From NCBI GenBank assembly GCA_017502435.1, contig JAFVUZ010000028.1, positions 1-61,101 on the forward strand: a stretch of 61,101 bases of DNA, read 5' to 3'. Below, piece after piece: positions 8,656-18,529 of this stretch. How positions within the stretch are numbered: the first letter of the stretch is position 1; every line of letters begins with the position of its first letter. Origin of the DNA: Lentisphaeria bacterium. Its GTDB lineage: Bacteria > Verrucomicrobiota > Lentisphaeria > Victivallales > Victivallaceae. The notes below the pieces were generated by a model. That model had not been told where the DNA came from. It ran no database searches and saw only the letters and a program-made list of their open reading frames with translations. Position numbers and translations under genes: made by a program.

Positions 8656-10766
8656 ATTCTGTCCTTTCTGTTAAGGGGTTGTTTTTCTAAAAAATTCTGC
8701 AGCGCCCTGCCGCGTTTTCCCGCGTCAGGAGAGGCAAAATACATAGCTTCCCAGCACATCAGGCGGTTGACAAAAGGTGCGGCATTGGTGATCTGCGCAT
8801 TGACACGTTCAACTTCCGCCGGAATGAGATTTGTTTTCGGCTTATAGCCCTGCCGTTCAAAAAGTTCAATATTCGCCCACAGTTCCATATCGTTTGCTGT
8901 GGCACATTCCTGCCAATATTTCCAGCGGTGCACGGAATTGCACAAAAGTACGCCGCTGCCGACTGAGTCCTGCGGCATCAAAATATCAACCCCGCTGTCA
9001 TGGAGAACCGTATTCCAGAAATCAACAAACTCTTTTTCTTTGCCGTCAAAGGGAGCGGTTACAGGGGAAATTATAACTTTGTAATCTGCATTTTTCTCTT
9101 TGACCATCGAGGTGAAAAATTTATACAAATCGTGAATTGCCGCCTCTTTTTCTGCATCTCTGCTGCCTTTAAAGGCAGTTTCTGCGGGGAAATAAGCACC
9201 GGCGATTCTACCGATATTGCAGATTTCCTCAAAACATTTGCGGTGGTTGTCCAATTCTCTCTGCATGTCAGATTTGCTCAGATTTTTCTGCCAGCCTGCA
9301 CAACTGCCGTACCCGCCGAGAAAAACTTCCATTTCCTCCGAGTCTGCCGCATCAAACATATTTTCAAGCACATTGTAACACTGCATATTATCAAAATGGC
9401 GTGAATTATAAAAACATTCATTCAATTCATTCCACAGTGACGCCTGAAAAATAACTGTTTTCATATTCATTTTTTTCAGTCGTTTGAAAATCTTCCGCCA
9501 GTCATCCGCACCGGCATTGTGCATATGAAATCCGCGGTAATCCGGCGGCTGAGCATAGATGAAGGTTCCGCTGATTTTCGCCTCTGCGGCTTTTTTGTAT
9601 TCCAATGCGCTTTTGCGGTTGAGTTCGTTTGTCTTCAAAACTTCGGCAAGTTCTTTCTCTTCGTTGAAATGTACCGGCGGCATAAAATAGGGGATATTAT
9701 CCACATGACCGACGGGAAAAAGTATACCTTTTTCATTCTTTTTGAGCATTTCAGCGACTTCAGAATCATCCCATGCGGTTGCAACAGTGATATGACCGGA
9801 CGGATTTTTTGCCGTTTCCATGAATATTGACACCTGCTCATTGATATTGCATACGCATTTAAGTACCGGAACCGGAAATTCAGACAGGATATTTCCTCTG
9901 TTGATATGAGAGATAATGATTACATCCTCCATAACTTTCAAACCTTTTTGAAGTACAGCGGAAATAATTCCCAGTGTCAAAATGCTGTCGGTTGAAATTA
10001 TGCCGCACGGGAGAGAGGGATTTTTGTCAAGAAATTTCAAGGCGGCGTTGTAGCCTTCACGCGGCAGCCAGTTGCAGCGGTAGAGATCTTCTTCTGAAAC
10101 CAGATTATTTTCCAAAGCCCGCTCGCTGAAACTTTTATCAGATTCCCAGTGGCGGGTCTGGGTTGCGCCGGTTATAATTGCGACGGATTTGCAGTTGTGC
10201 TGACGGAGCAGATCATTTGCCTCGTTGAGCCATGTACGGTCATAAGTCACTGAGTTTTCAAGAGTTATATAACGGTGAAGTCCGATTACGGGAATATTTA
10301 TGTCGCGCATATATTTTTCTATATCGTCTGCAAAATTCTGACTTGCGAGTCCGATGGCATCACATGGATGATCGAGCAGAAAACGGCGCACTTTCAAACT
10401 GTCAACATCCGTGTCTATATTTTCAAAAACAGTCAGACGGATATTTTTGTTTTTGCATTCTTCGCGTATTTTCTGCACAAAAAACGCCTTGTGACCATAC
10501 GCACCGCATTCAGCAAGTGTATCAAAAATAAGCACATAATGAGCTTTGTTTGTGCCTGCGACAAAAATTCCTTTGCCATTGATGCGTTCAATGAGTCCTT
10601 CATTCTGCAGTACTGTAAAAACTTTATCCATTGTAGCGACAGTAGTTCCCATTGAGGCGGCGAATTTCGGCAGAGTTTCAAACTGGTAATTTTTGGGCAA
10701 TTCTCCGGAAAGAATTTTTTCTCTCAAATCATGAATTATATACTGTGATTTATTTTTTCTTTGCAT
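8652..10766 (-). CDS. GntR-type wHTH + periplasmic-binding-fold (LacI-like) sensor + extra C-terminal TIM-barrel-like (DUF4434-like) domain regulator
   Basis: N-terminus [38 protein letters not shown] (GntR HTH). The middle is sugar-binding-fold-like. About 330 aa remain beyond what the paralogue at 53454 has. GGAG RBS. Confidence 0.85.
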   Translation of the reverse strand: MQRKNKSQYIIHDLREKILSGELPKNYQFETLPKFAASMGTTVATMDKVFTVLQNEGLIERINGKGIFVAGTNKAHYVLIFDTLAECGAYGHKAFFVQKIREECKNKNIRLTVFENIDTDVDSLKVRRFLLDHPCDAIGLASQNFADDIEKYMRDINIPVIGLHRYITLENSVTYDRTWLNEANDLLRQHNCKSVAIITGATQTRHWESDKSFSERALENNLVSEEDLYRCNWLPREGYNAALKFLDKNPSLPCGIISTDSILTLGIISAVLQKGLKVMEDVIIISHINRGNILSEFPVPVLKCVCNINEQVSIFMETAKNPSGHITVATAWDDSEVAEMLKKNEKGILFPVGHVDNIPYFMPPVHFNEEKELAEVLKTNELNRKSALEYKKAAEAKISGTFIYAQPPDYRGFHMHNAGADDWRKIFKRLKKMNMKTVIFQASLWNELNECFYNSRHFDNMQCYNVLENMFDAADSEEMEVFLGGYGSCAGWQKNLSKSDMQRELDNHRKCFEEICNIGRIAGAYFPAETAFKGSRDAEKEAAIHDLYKFFTSMVKEKNADYKVIISPVTAPFDGKEKEFVDFWNTVLHDSGVDILMPQDSVGSGVLLCNSVHRWKYWQECATANDMELWANIELFERQGYKPKTNLIPAEVERVNAQITNAAPFVNRLMCWEAMYFASPDAGKRGRALQNFLEKQPLNRKDRI

Positions 10767-10801
10767 AAAAAAAAGTCTCCTTTTCCATAATTTTTGTTCT
10801 T

Positions 10802-10830
10802 AATATAACCTTTATAGAAAGGTTTGTCAA
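10802..10830 (-). promoter_or_regulatory. sigma70-like promoter with embedded palindromic operator
   Basis: On the minus strand: TTGACA (10830-10825), 17-nt spacer, TATATT (10807-10802). The spacer holds the inverted repeat AACCTTT-N4-AAAGGTT (10807-10824). Confidence 0.5.
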
Positions 10831-10901
10831 GAAAAAAATCTAAAAAAAACAGAAAAAAATAGTTATTGTCTTTTTTTGCTCTGCTGCCCGTATTCAGAGA
10901 A

Positions 10902-12176
10902 TCAGCATTCACGGCATCTGACGCCGAGAGAAGTCAGTTTTTGAAGCAGATTTTCGTATCCGCGGTAGATAACTTCGATATTATTGATCGTACTCTCTCC
11001 TTTGGCACAGCTGGCGGCAATCACCATTGCCATTCCTGCACGGATGTCCGGACTCGGCAATGTCATGCCGTGCAGATCCGAAACCCCTGAAATTACTACG
11101 CGGTGCGGGTCGCAGACAATAGCATTCGCTCCCATAGCGATAAGTTTATCTACAAAGTATATACGTGATTCAAACATTTTTTCAAAGAAAAGCACTGTTC
11201 CTCTGGTCTGGGTGGCGGCAACAATAGTACAACTCATCATATCAGAGGGATATTGCGGCCATGTGCCGTCGGAGATGCAGGGGATTTGACCGTCAAAATC
11301 TTTTTTGACTTCGGGAACCTGACCGCCGGGAAAAATCAGAGTGTCATGTGTAAGTGTCATTTTGAAGCCGAGACGCTCAAAAACACGGCGTGTCATCCAG
11401 AAATGGCGGGGAGCTATGCCTTCAATTTTTATATCACCTCCGTTTGCAGCGGCAAGCGCGAGAAAACTTCCCCCCTCGATATGGTCGCCTGAAACAGTGT
11501 AGGTGCAGCCGTGAAGTTTGGCAACTCCGTCAACAGTGATGACATTGCCCCCCTGACCGGAAATTCTGCCGCCCATGGCATTGAGAAAGTCTGCAAGGTC
11601 GGCGACGTGAGGTTCGCAGGCGGCATTATACAAAACAGTTCTGCCCTTTGCACAGACTGCCGCCATCAGGATTTGTTCGGTCGCAGTGACACTGGCTTCA
11701 TCCAGAAAAAGTTCGCGTCCGTGCAGTCCCGACGGAGCCTCAAAAACATAAGCATCTTCAGACTCAAGTCTGCTGCCGAGTGTTTTCAATCCGTAGATAT
11801 GTCCGTCCAGACGGCGGCGTCCGATAACATCTCCGCCCGGCGGATAGACAGTTGCTTTGCCGAAACGTGCCAGCAGAGGCGCGGCATAGAGAATTGAGGT
11901 GCGGTTTTTTGAACAGAGTTCACGTGGAATGACGTAACTTTTTGCCTTTGAAGCACAAAGAGTTAATGTATTGTTTGCAAAATCAAATTCACCGCCCAGA
12001 GCGGCAAATATTTCAAGCATGGAACGTACATCAAGAATGTCGGGGACGTTTTTTAAAGTAACTTCTTCATCACTCAGCATGGCGGCGGCTATCATCGGGA
12101 GTATTGCGTTTTTGTTGCCGCTCAAGCGTACTGTACCGGAAATCGGATTCCTGCCTTCGATTTTAATTGCACTCAT
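10902..12176 (-). CDS. murA: UDP-N-acetylglucosamine 1-carboxyvinyltransferase
   Basis: N-terminus IKIEGRNPISGTVRLSGNKNAILPMIAAAML and overall EPSP-synthase-fold MurA signature, 424 aa. Confidence 0.95.
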   Translation of the reverse strand: MSAIKIEGRNPISGTVRLSGNKNAILPMIAAAMLSDEEVTLKNVPDILDVRSMLEIFAALGGEFDFANNTLTLCASKAKSYVIPRELCSKNRTSILYAAPLLARFGKATVYPPGGDVIGRRRLDGHIYGLKTLGSRLESEDAYVFEAPSGLHGRELFLDEASVTATEQILMAAVCAKGRTVLYNAACEPHVADLADFLNAMGGRISGQGGNVITVDGVAKLHGCTYTVSGDHIEGGSFLALAAANGGDIKIEGIAPRHFWMTRRVFERLGFKMTLTHDTLIFPGGQVPEVKKDFDGQIPCISDGTWPQYPSDMMSCTIVAATQTRGTVLFFEKMFESRIYFVDKLIAMGANAIVCDPHRVVISGVSDLHGMTLPSPDIRAGMAMVIAASCAKGESTINNIEVIYRGYENLLQKLTSLGVRCREC

Positions 12177-12263
12177 AAAATTCTCCTTATTATGTTTTAC
12201 GGTACTGTATCACAGGTTTTCTTTTTTGCAATATCAATAATCAAAATAAAATGCGAAAAAAAA

Positions 12264-12292
12264 TTGCAACTTTGCATTTTGTATGCTATATT
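12264..12292 (+). promoter_or_regulatory. sigma70-like promoter of rsmD-comM
   Basis: TTGCAA (12264-12269), 17-nt spacer, TATATT (12287-12292), preceded by TGC (extended -10 like). Confidence 0.5.
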
Positions 12293-12323
12293 GCACAAAA
12301 ATACAATAACAAGAGGAAAGATT

Positions 12324-12905
12324 ATGCAGATAATTGCGGGAAAAGCAAGAGGTGTTGAACTTGAGACTGCTCCGACTCTGGAGGTACGTCCTACATTGGC
12401 TCGTGCAAGAAAAGCTCTTTTTGACAGTATGGGCGATTGGAGTGGAGGTGTGGTGCTTGACCTTTGTGCCGGCAGCGGTGCGTTGGGACTTGAAGCGGCA
12501 AGCAGAGGGTGTGCCGAAGTATTGATGGTGGAAAATAATCCCCGTCATGTTGAAGTTATTAAACGCAATATTGTAAAACTTGAGAAGTGTTCAGTTGAAA
12601 CAAAGATGAATGTTTATCATGGAAGCATTCTTGATACAAAGAAGATTTTTTCCATGCTGAATGATATTGATGTGATTTTTGCTGATCCTCCGTATGAAAA
12701 TTCGGCTGAATTTTTTGAAACGTTGCTCAATGATGAAACTTTTATTGAAAACGCCGCAGCTGCAATCATTATCTGGGAGATTCCGGATACGCCGGGAAGT
12801 GCGGGGAAATTTATGAAACGTGAATATTTTGACGAATTTACTATCCGCAAATTCGGGCCGACGATGTTTCTTATTGCCCGCATATCTGACGGAGAGGAGG
12901 ATTGA
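12324..12905 (+). CDS. rsmD: 16S rRNA (guanine966-N2)-methyltransferase
   Basis: MQIIAGKARG start with an AGGAAAG RBS. SAM motif LDLCAGSGALGLEA and FADPPYE (the DPPY motif). The ORF-track start at 12192 is an unlikely extension. Confidence 0.85.
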   Translation: MQIIAGKARGVELETAPTLEVRPTLARARKALFDSMGDWSGGVVLDLCAGSGALGLEAASRGCAEVLMVENNPRHVEVIKRNIVKLEKCSVETKMNVYHGSILDTKKIFSMLNDIDVIFADPPYENSAEFFETLLNDETFIENAAAAIIIWEIPDTPGSAGKFMKREYFDEFTIRKFGPTMFLIARISDGEED

Positions 12906-12907
12906 AT

Positions 12908-14443
12908 ATGCTTGCGAAAACTTTTTCAGCCGCTTTATCCGGAATTGATTCATTCAAAATAGATGTTGAAGTCAATGTGCAAAAGGGCGGTGATTGTGAA
13001 TATATCAGCATCGTCGGTTTGCCTGATATGGCGGTCAAAGAATCCAAAGACCGTATACGTTCTGCTGTTTTAAGTTCAAATTTAATGCGTATTGAAGGCA
13101 GTGCTGTTATTAATCTTGCACCTGCGGACCTCCGCAAAGAGGGGGCTGCTTTTGATTTGGCGATCGCCTGTGCATTGCTGGGTGCATCGGGGCAGTTGAA
13201 ACTGGAAAAACTCCGCCGTACTGCCATACTCGGAGAACTTGCACTTGACGGCTCTATCCGTCCGATCAAAGGAGCATTGCCGATTGCTGCCGCATTGGCA
13301 TTGGATGATACAATAGACAATCTGATCGTCCCTGAAGCCAATAAAGATGAAGCCGCCGCAGGTGCCAAAGCGGGAAATCTGGCAGTTTATCCCATGAATC
13401 ATCTGCTTGAAGCGGTCGGATTTTTCAATCAGGACAATGGGAATCAGTATTTTTACCGTGATTTTCAAAGAGAGATAACTTTTGCTGACGAACTTGATTT
13501 TGCAGATGTCAAAGGTCAGATACTTGCCAAAAGAGCAATGGAGATCGCCGCAGCCGGCGGTCATAATTCATTGATGATAGGTCCGCCGGGAACCGGCAAA
13601 AGTATGCTTGCATCCCGTATAAATTCGATTCTGCCGCCAATGACTTACAGCGAGGCGTTGGAGAGCAGCCGTATTTACAGTGCAATGGGGCTTTTGAACG
13701 GACAGAATATTATGAATGAACGTCCGTTCCGTTCGCCGCATCATACCATAAGCGATGTCGCATTGATCGGAGGCGGCAAAGAGCCGAGACCGGGAGAGAT
13801 AAGTCTGGCTCATAACGGAGTGCTTTTTCTGGATGAACTTCCGGAGTTCAAACGCAATGTCCTTGAGGTTTTGCGTCAGCCGCTTGAAATGGGAGAAATT
13901 CATGTTTCAAGAGCGGCGGGAAGTTGTGTTTTTCCTGCTGATTTCATGCTGATTGCGGCAATGAATCCATGTCCCTGCGGATATGGTGACGCTGAACTCG
14001 GATGCAAATGCAAAATTGATGAAAAACGCCGCTACCGCAAAAAAGTTTCAGGACCTCTGCTCGACCGTATTGATTTGCATATTGAACTGCGGCAGTTGAG
14101 TCAGGATGAATTGCTCCGTGCTCCCGACGGTGAAAAAAGTTCAGTTATCCGTCATCGGGTAATTGCCGCCAGAAATATTCAGAGTTTGCGTTACAAAGGA
14201 ACAGCCATTCATTGTAATTCTCAGATGACCAGCCGTCAGCTGCAGCAGTATTGCAGACTTGACCGCAATTGCACCATGCTTTTGCGGCAGGCGATAACAC
14301 AGATGAAACTGAGTCCGCGTGCATACGACAGAATTTTGAAAGTCAGCCGTACTATCGCCGACTTGGCAAACAGTGAAAATATCACTGAAAATCACATTTT
14401 TGAAGCCATTCAATACCGAAAAACCGGCATTGGCGAGGATTGA
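12908..14443 (+). CDS. comM: YifB/ComM family Mg-chelatase-like AAA+ ATPase
   Basis: Walker A GPPGTGKS. The family-typical N-terminal Lon-like domain and C-terminal region are present. ATG 12908 sits 7 nt after GAGGAGG. Confidence 0.9.
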   Translation: MLAKTFSAALSGIDSFKIDVEVNVQKGGDCEYISIVGLPDMAVKESKDRIRSAVLSSNLMRIEGSAVINLAPADLRKEGAAFDLAIACALLGASGQLKLEKLRRTAILGELALDGSIRPIKGALPIAAALALDDTIDNLIVPEANKDEAAAGAKAGNLAVYPMNHLLEAVGFFNQDNGNQYFYRDFQREITFADELDFADVKGQILAKRAMEIAAAGGHNSLMIGPPGTGKSMLASRINSILPPMTYSEALESSRIYSAMGLLNGQNIMNERPFRSPHHTISDVALIGGGKEPRPGEISLAHNGVLFLDELPEFKRNVLEVLRQPLEMGEIHVSRAAGSCVFPADFMLIAAMNPCPCGYGDAELGCKCKIDEKRRYRKKVSGPLLDRIDLHIELRQLSQDELLRAPDGEKSSVIRHRVIAARNIQSLRYKGTAIHCNSQMTSRQLQQYCRLDRNCTMLLRQAITQMKLSPRAYDRILKVSRTIADLANSENITENHIFEAIQYRKTGIGED

Positions 14444-14456
14444 GGACTGAAAATTT

Positions 14457-15311
14457 TCAGCACTCTGATTTTGCTTTCAAACGGTAGTAGTGACTTACCA
14501 GCATATCTTCGGGAATATCAAAGCCGTGAGTGCCTGTTCCGTCGGCAATAACGTGACCGCCGTGGTCGGGGACGAAAACCAGCAGACGGTTGTAATCTGC
14601 ATAATATTTGTCCATATCTGCGGCAAGCTGTTCAAAACGTTCAGCTCCGAGGAGTGCCTCATGGGTGCATTCTGCAGAGAAACAGCCGTTTTTGTGCTGC
14701 TGTGCGTCATAACCTGTCATGTAACTTACGATCAGATCATAATTGTTTTTACGGATCAGCTCCAGAGTGCATTCAAAAGACTGTTCATCAGTTCTGAAAG
14801 AGTAATAATCCACATTGCGGCTGCGGAATATCAAATCAATACTGCAGTTATTCATTGCCACAATGGCGACATTTTTTCCGGCTGCGGCAAAAACATCAAA
14901 AAGAGTCTCTATTTTGAGCGTCGGTTTTTCGTATTTCTGAATGCCGTGAACCGCCGGAGCCGCTCCTGAAAAAATCGTGCCGTAGCAAACCGGCGTGACA
15001 CTCGGCATCACAGAAACAGAAGGAATGCGGAAGGGGGCGACTTTTTCAATCCGTTCAAAGATTTCAGGAAAATGTTCCCGCTGGTGTTCGCCCATTGCAT
15101 CACAGCAGAAAAGTACGGCTTTCTGCATTTTTCCCTCTCCGATTGTCCGTGCTGCCTGATCGATGACCGGAGCGACGGCGACCGCACCGCAGTCGGCGGG
15201 TTCAGGAATGTTGAAAAGTTCACAAACCGTCGGAGTAAGATCTCCGATGGAGTAGTTGCACTTGTAACGGGTCATGAATTCCCGGAAAATTGAAGCAGAT
15301 TTTTCTTTCAT
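14457..15311 (-). CDS. alkaline-phosphatase-superfamily phosphodiesterase / nucleotide pyrophosphatase-like protein
   Basis: Motifs CCDAMG, MPSVTPVCYGTIFSGAAPAVHGI and VFVPDHGGH resemble type I phosphodiesterase/NPP family metal and nucleophile sites. Confidence 0.7.
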   Translation of the reverse strand: MKEKSASIFREFMTRYKCNYSIGDLTPTVCELFNIPEPADCGAVAVAPVIDQAARTIGEGKMQKAVLFCCDAMGEHQREHFPEIFERIEKVAPFRIPSVSVMPSVTPVCYGTIFSGAAPAVHGIQKYEKPTLKIETLFDVFAAAGKNVAIVAMNNCSIDLIFRSRNVDYYSFRTDEQSFECTLELIRKNNYDLIVSYMTGYDAQQHKNGCFSAECTHEALLGAERFEQLAADMDKYYADYNRLLVFVPDHGGHVIADGTGTHGFDIPEDMLVSHYYRLKAKSEC

Positions 15312-15410
15312 TTTTGTATCTCTCTGATTTATTTTTTCGTATACATTAGTGCTGTTTTGTCTGATTTCAAGTCCGGTATTAAAAAATATACATTTTTTTT
15401 CGTTTCACAG

Positions 15411-15438
15411 TTGAAAAATTGTTATGATGAATTATAAT
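15411..15438 (+). promoter_or_regulatory. sigma70-like promoter of the GH20 gene
   Basis: TTGAAA (15411-15416), 16-nt spacer, TATAAT (15433-15438). AAGGAG RBS lies before ATG 15479. Confidence 0.45.
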
Positions 15439-15478
15439 ACGAGTATTAAAATTCAATAAAATAAATAAGGAGAATGAA

Positions 15479-17329
15479 ATGTTTATTTCTTTGGTTGCAG
15501 ATAAAAACAGCTTGCCGCAAAATATAATTGAACTTGCAGAGGCCTTGGCAGAAGATTATCCCATTGCTTTTGCGGGGCAGGGGACAAAGGTCACTTTCAA
15601 TAAAATTGAAGCTGACGGAATTGCTTTTAAAGTTGCAAAGAACAGTGATGGATTTGTAATTGATTACAATTGTACTGCCGCCTGTGCCAGAGGTATTGCA
15701 TCGGCACTGGCAGGAATTTGCTGTGAAGAAAGTACTCCGATGAATTCTGTCGGGGCGATGCTCGACGTCTCACGCGGTATGGTGATGAAAGTTGACCGCG
15801 TGAAAAAATATTTACGCCGTATGGCAATGTCCGGATGCAATCTGCTGCTGTTGTATGCTGAGGATGTTTATGAAGTTCCCGGCGAACCGTTTTTCGGCAG
15901 ACACCGCGGGGCATACACTATGGCGGAATTGAAGGAACTTGATGCTTATGCCGGAAAAGTCGGCATTGAACTTGTCGGCTGTATCCAGACTCTCGGTCAT
16001 ATGGAACAGCTTCTCCGCTGGAGCAATGTTTACAGCAATGTTATGGATACCGGACGTGAACTGCTGGCGGAATCTCCTGAAACATATAAACTTATCGAAA
16101 AAATTCTCGATTTCTGGAGCGAAGCATTGACTTCACGCCGTCTGCATATCGGCATGGATGAAACTCAATCCCTCGGCAGAGGCAAATATCTGACTTTGAA
16201 CGGATACAAAAATCCGTTTGAAATCCTCGGCAGACATCTTGAAAAAGTCAATGCCCTTTGTCTTGAACGCGGCTTGAAGCCGATGATTTGGTCGGATATG
16301 TATTTCCGTTTCAATAATCCTGAGCATAACTATTATGATTACAATAATCCTCTCCCTGCAAATCTGAAAAAAGATATTCCATCCAATGTCTCTCTGGTTT
16401 ACTGGGATTATTACCATCAGGAGGAGGAAATTTTTGAAAAGATGATCATGCGTCACCGGGAGATCGGTTTTGAACCAATTGTGGCTTCGGGGGTCTGGAC
16501 CTGGGCGACTTTGTGGCACAATCATCATGCGACCAAAAGCACAGTGCCTGCGTGTGTAAATGCCTGCAGAAGAGAAAATATCAAAGAACTTTTCTTTACC
16601 ATGTGGGGTGATGACGGAGCGTACTGCAATTATGATTCGCTGTTTTTCGGTTTTATTTTTGCCATGGAGCAAGTTTTTTGCGGCGGAATCGGAGACAATG
16701 CCGCATTCAAGGCACGTTATGAAGCAATTATGAAGGGCAGTTTTGAGGCGGCGGATATTGCATCGCATTTTGTGGATATGGATTTTATCTGTTCGCTCAT
16801 GATCTGGGACGATCCGCTGCTGAATATTTACTATGACCAGACTGAAAAAACTTTCGGCACGGAACATATGGATAAATCGATCGGTTTTTATGCAGAAATG
16901 GCAGAGAACCTCAAACCGTATGCCGACGAATTTGAATCAGGTGATTTCGGACATTTGATAAATATTCTCAATCTTCTGTCGCAGAAGATGATTTTTGTTT
17001 CAAAACTCAAAAAAGCCTATTATGCCAAAGATATTAAAGGTATCAAAGAGGCAAAAGAACTTCTGGTGCAGCTTATGGAGTGTGTCCGTAAATTTGATGC
17101 AAGTTTCCGCAGACAGTGGATGCGTACAGCCAAAGTGCACGGTCTGGAACGCATTCAGCTCCGCAACAGCGGACTGCTCGGCAGACTTGAAGAGACAGAA
17201 CGCCGTCTGACAGAGTATTTGACCGGTGAAATTGCTGAAATCGCTGAACTTGAACGTCCGGAAACAGGAGAACTCAATTCCGCCTGCAATCTCTATGCTC
17301 ATGTCGCTTCAGGTGCGGCAAAATGCTGA
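15479..17329 (+). CDS. glycoside hydrolase family 20-like beta-N-acetylhexosaminidase
   Basis: LHIGMDETQSLG matches the GH20 H-x-G-x-D-E catalytic Asp-Glu pair. TIM-barrel-sized core. No signal peptide. Confidence 0.75.
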   Translation: MFISLVADKNSLPQNIIELAEALAEDYPIAFAGQGTKVTFNKIEADGIAFKVAKNSDGFVIDYNCTAACARGIASALAGICCEESTPMNSVGAMLDVSRGMVMKVDRVKKYLRRMAMSGCNLLLLYAEDVYEVPGEPFFGRHRGAYTMAELKELDAYAGKVGIELVGCIQTLGHMEQLLRWSNVYSNVMDTGRELLAESPETYKLIEKILDFWSEALTSRRLHIGMDETQSLGRGKYLTLNGYKNPFEILGRHLEKVNALCLERGLKPMIWSDMYFRFNNPEHNYYDYNNPLPANLKKDIPSNVSLVYWDYYHQEEEIFEKMIMRHREIGFEPIVASGVWTWATLWHNHHATKSTVPACVNACRRENIKELFFTMWGDDGAYCNYDSLFFGFIFAMEQVFCGGIGDNAAFKARYEAIMKGSFEAADIASHFVDMDFICSLMIWDDPLLNIYYDQTEKTFGTEHMDKSIGFYAEMAENLKPYADEFESGDFGHLINILNLLSQKMIFVSKLKKAYYAKDIKGIKEAKELLVQLMECVRKFDASFRRQWMRTAKVHGLERIQLRNSGLLGRLEETERRLTEYLTGEIAEIAELERPETGELNSACNLYAHVASGAAKC

Positions 17330-17348
17330 TAAAAAATCGGTATGATTC

Positions 17349-17376
17349 TTGCTTTTGAGTGATTTTGTGCTATATT
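17349..17376 (+). promoter_or_regulatory. sigma70-like promoter of the lipoprotein-folE-dtd-dxr-rseP-ispG operon
   Basis: TTGCTT (17349-17354), 16-nt spacer, TATATT (17371-17376), with TGC immediately upstream (extended -10). Confidence 0.5.
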
Positions 17377-17406
17377 TAAAAAACTGAAAGTAAAGGAATT
17401 GTGTAT

Positions 17407-17991
17407 ATGCTTAAGAAAATTAATATTTTATTGTTTTTTGCCGCCGCACTGTTGCTTTGCGGCTGTATGAGCATTGATTGTGTCATGACGGAGACTTTCC
17501 CTGAAACAGAGAAGGTCGAAAAGTTTGACAATGCCGCAGAAATCCCCCACGCCTACAACGTCATCGGCGTTTGTCAGACCGAGGGAAATTATACCGAATT
17601 TTCATACGACGATATGATGAAGCGTATCGTTGAAAAAGCCAAAGAAAACGGTGCCGAAGGCGTGCTGATGCTCGGTATGCGTGTCGTTCCCGACGGCAGA
17701 GTGGTGCAGACTTCACCTCTGCGTGATTCGCTTGACGGTTCATCCAACGGCAGTCCGTGGGGGGAAATCGGCAAGGATTTCGGCGGCGGTTACGGCAGTA
17801 TCCGCAGCAAAAGTTACGGTGCATCACAGACTTATGACCGCATTATCCGCGTGCAGTTCATCCGCTACAAACGGAATGAAAAAGGCGAATTTCTGCCGCC
17901 TCCTGCTCCCGACAAAGTAAAAGTACCGCAGGAACCTGTCAAAACTATGAAAGAACTTAAAAAGGAAATGAAAAATGCAAAAGCAAATTAA
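17407..17991 (+). CDS. lipoprotein of unknown function
   Basis: [20 protein letters not shown] is lipobox-like. The ORF-track start is GTG 17401. Its end overlaps folE by 17 nt. Confidence 0.75.
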   Translation: MLKKINILLFFAAALLLCGCMSIDCVMTETFPETEKVEKFDNAAEIPHAYNVIGVCQTEGNYTEFSYDDMMKRIVEKAKENGAEGVLMLGMRVVPDGRVVQTSPLRDSLDGSSNGSPWGEIGKDFGGGYGSIRSKSYGASQTYDRIIRVQFIRYKRNEKGEFLPPPAPDKVKVPQEPVKTMKELKKEMKNAKAN

Positions 17992-18529
17992 AGATATTCT
18001 GATAGAAATCGGTGAAGATCCCGACCGTGAAGGTTTGATAAAAACTCCTGAACGTGTTGAAAAAGCATGGCAGTATCTTATGCGTGGTTACAAACAGGAT
18101 GTTGATTCTGTGGTCAACGGTGCAATTTTTCAGGCGGAATCTGATGATATGATCATCGTCCGCAATATTGAATTTTTCAGTATGTGTGAACATCATATGC
18201 TGCCGTTTTTCGGCCGTTGCTATGTCGGCTATATCCCCAAAAAGAAAATCCTCGGCGTCAGCAAAATCGCCCGTATCGTTGATATGTTTGCCCGCCGCTT
18301 GCAGATTCAGGAACGTTTGACCCGTCAGATCGCTGATACTATCATGGAGTGCGTCGATGCCGAAGGCGTCGGGGTTGTTTGTGAGGCCCAACATCTCTGT
18401 ATGCAGATGCGTGGTGTTGAGAAACAGCATTCAGTTATGACTACCAGTGCCATGCTCGGTTCTTTCCGCAAGGAGACTGAGACCCGTATGGAATTTTTGG
18501 AACTTATCCACTCCGGGAGTAAAGACTGA
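17975..18529 (+). CDS. folE: GTP cyclohydrolase I
   Basis: [19 protein letters not shown] and [14 protein letters not shown] are signature FolE motifs. Confidence 0.95.
   Translation: MQKQIKDILIEIGEDPDREGLIKTPERVEKAWQYLMRGYKQDVDSVVNGAIFQAESDDMIIVRNIEFFSMCEHHMLPFFGRCYVGYIPKKKILGVSKIARIVDMFARRLQIQERLTRQIADTIMECVDAEGVGVVCEAQHLCMQMRGVEKQHSVMTTSAMLGSFRKETETRMEFLELIHSGSKD

Noticed and set aside
12871-13368. Long antisense ORFs inside well-supported genes: 12871-13368, 16133-16867, 23434-24045, 25604-26245, 31586-32272, 42916-43422, 47471-48079
   Set aside because: Each lies opposite a gene with strong family motifs (comM, GH20, P-type ATPase, PpiD-like, xseA, EF-hand protein, polyprenyl synthase). 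None has start-site features. They are typical shadow ORFs.
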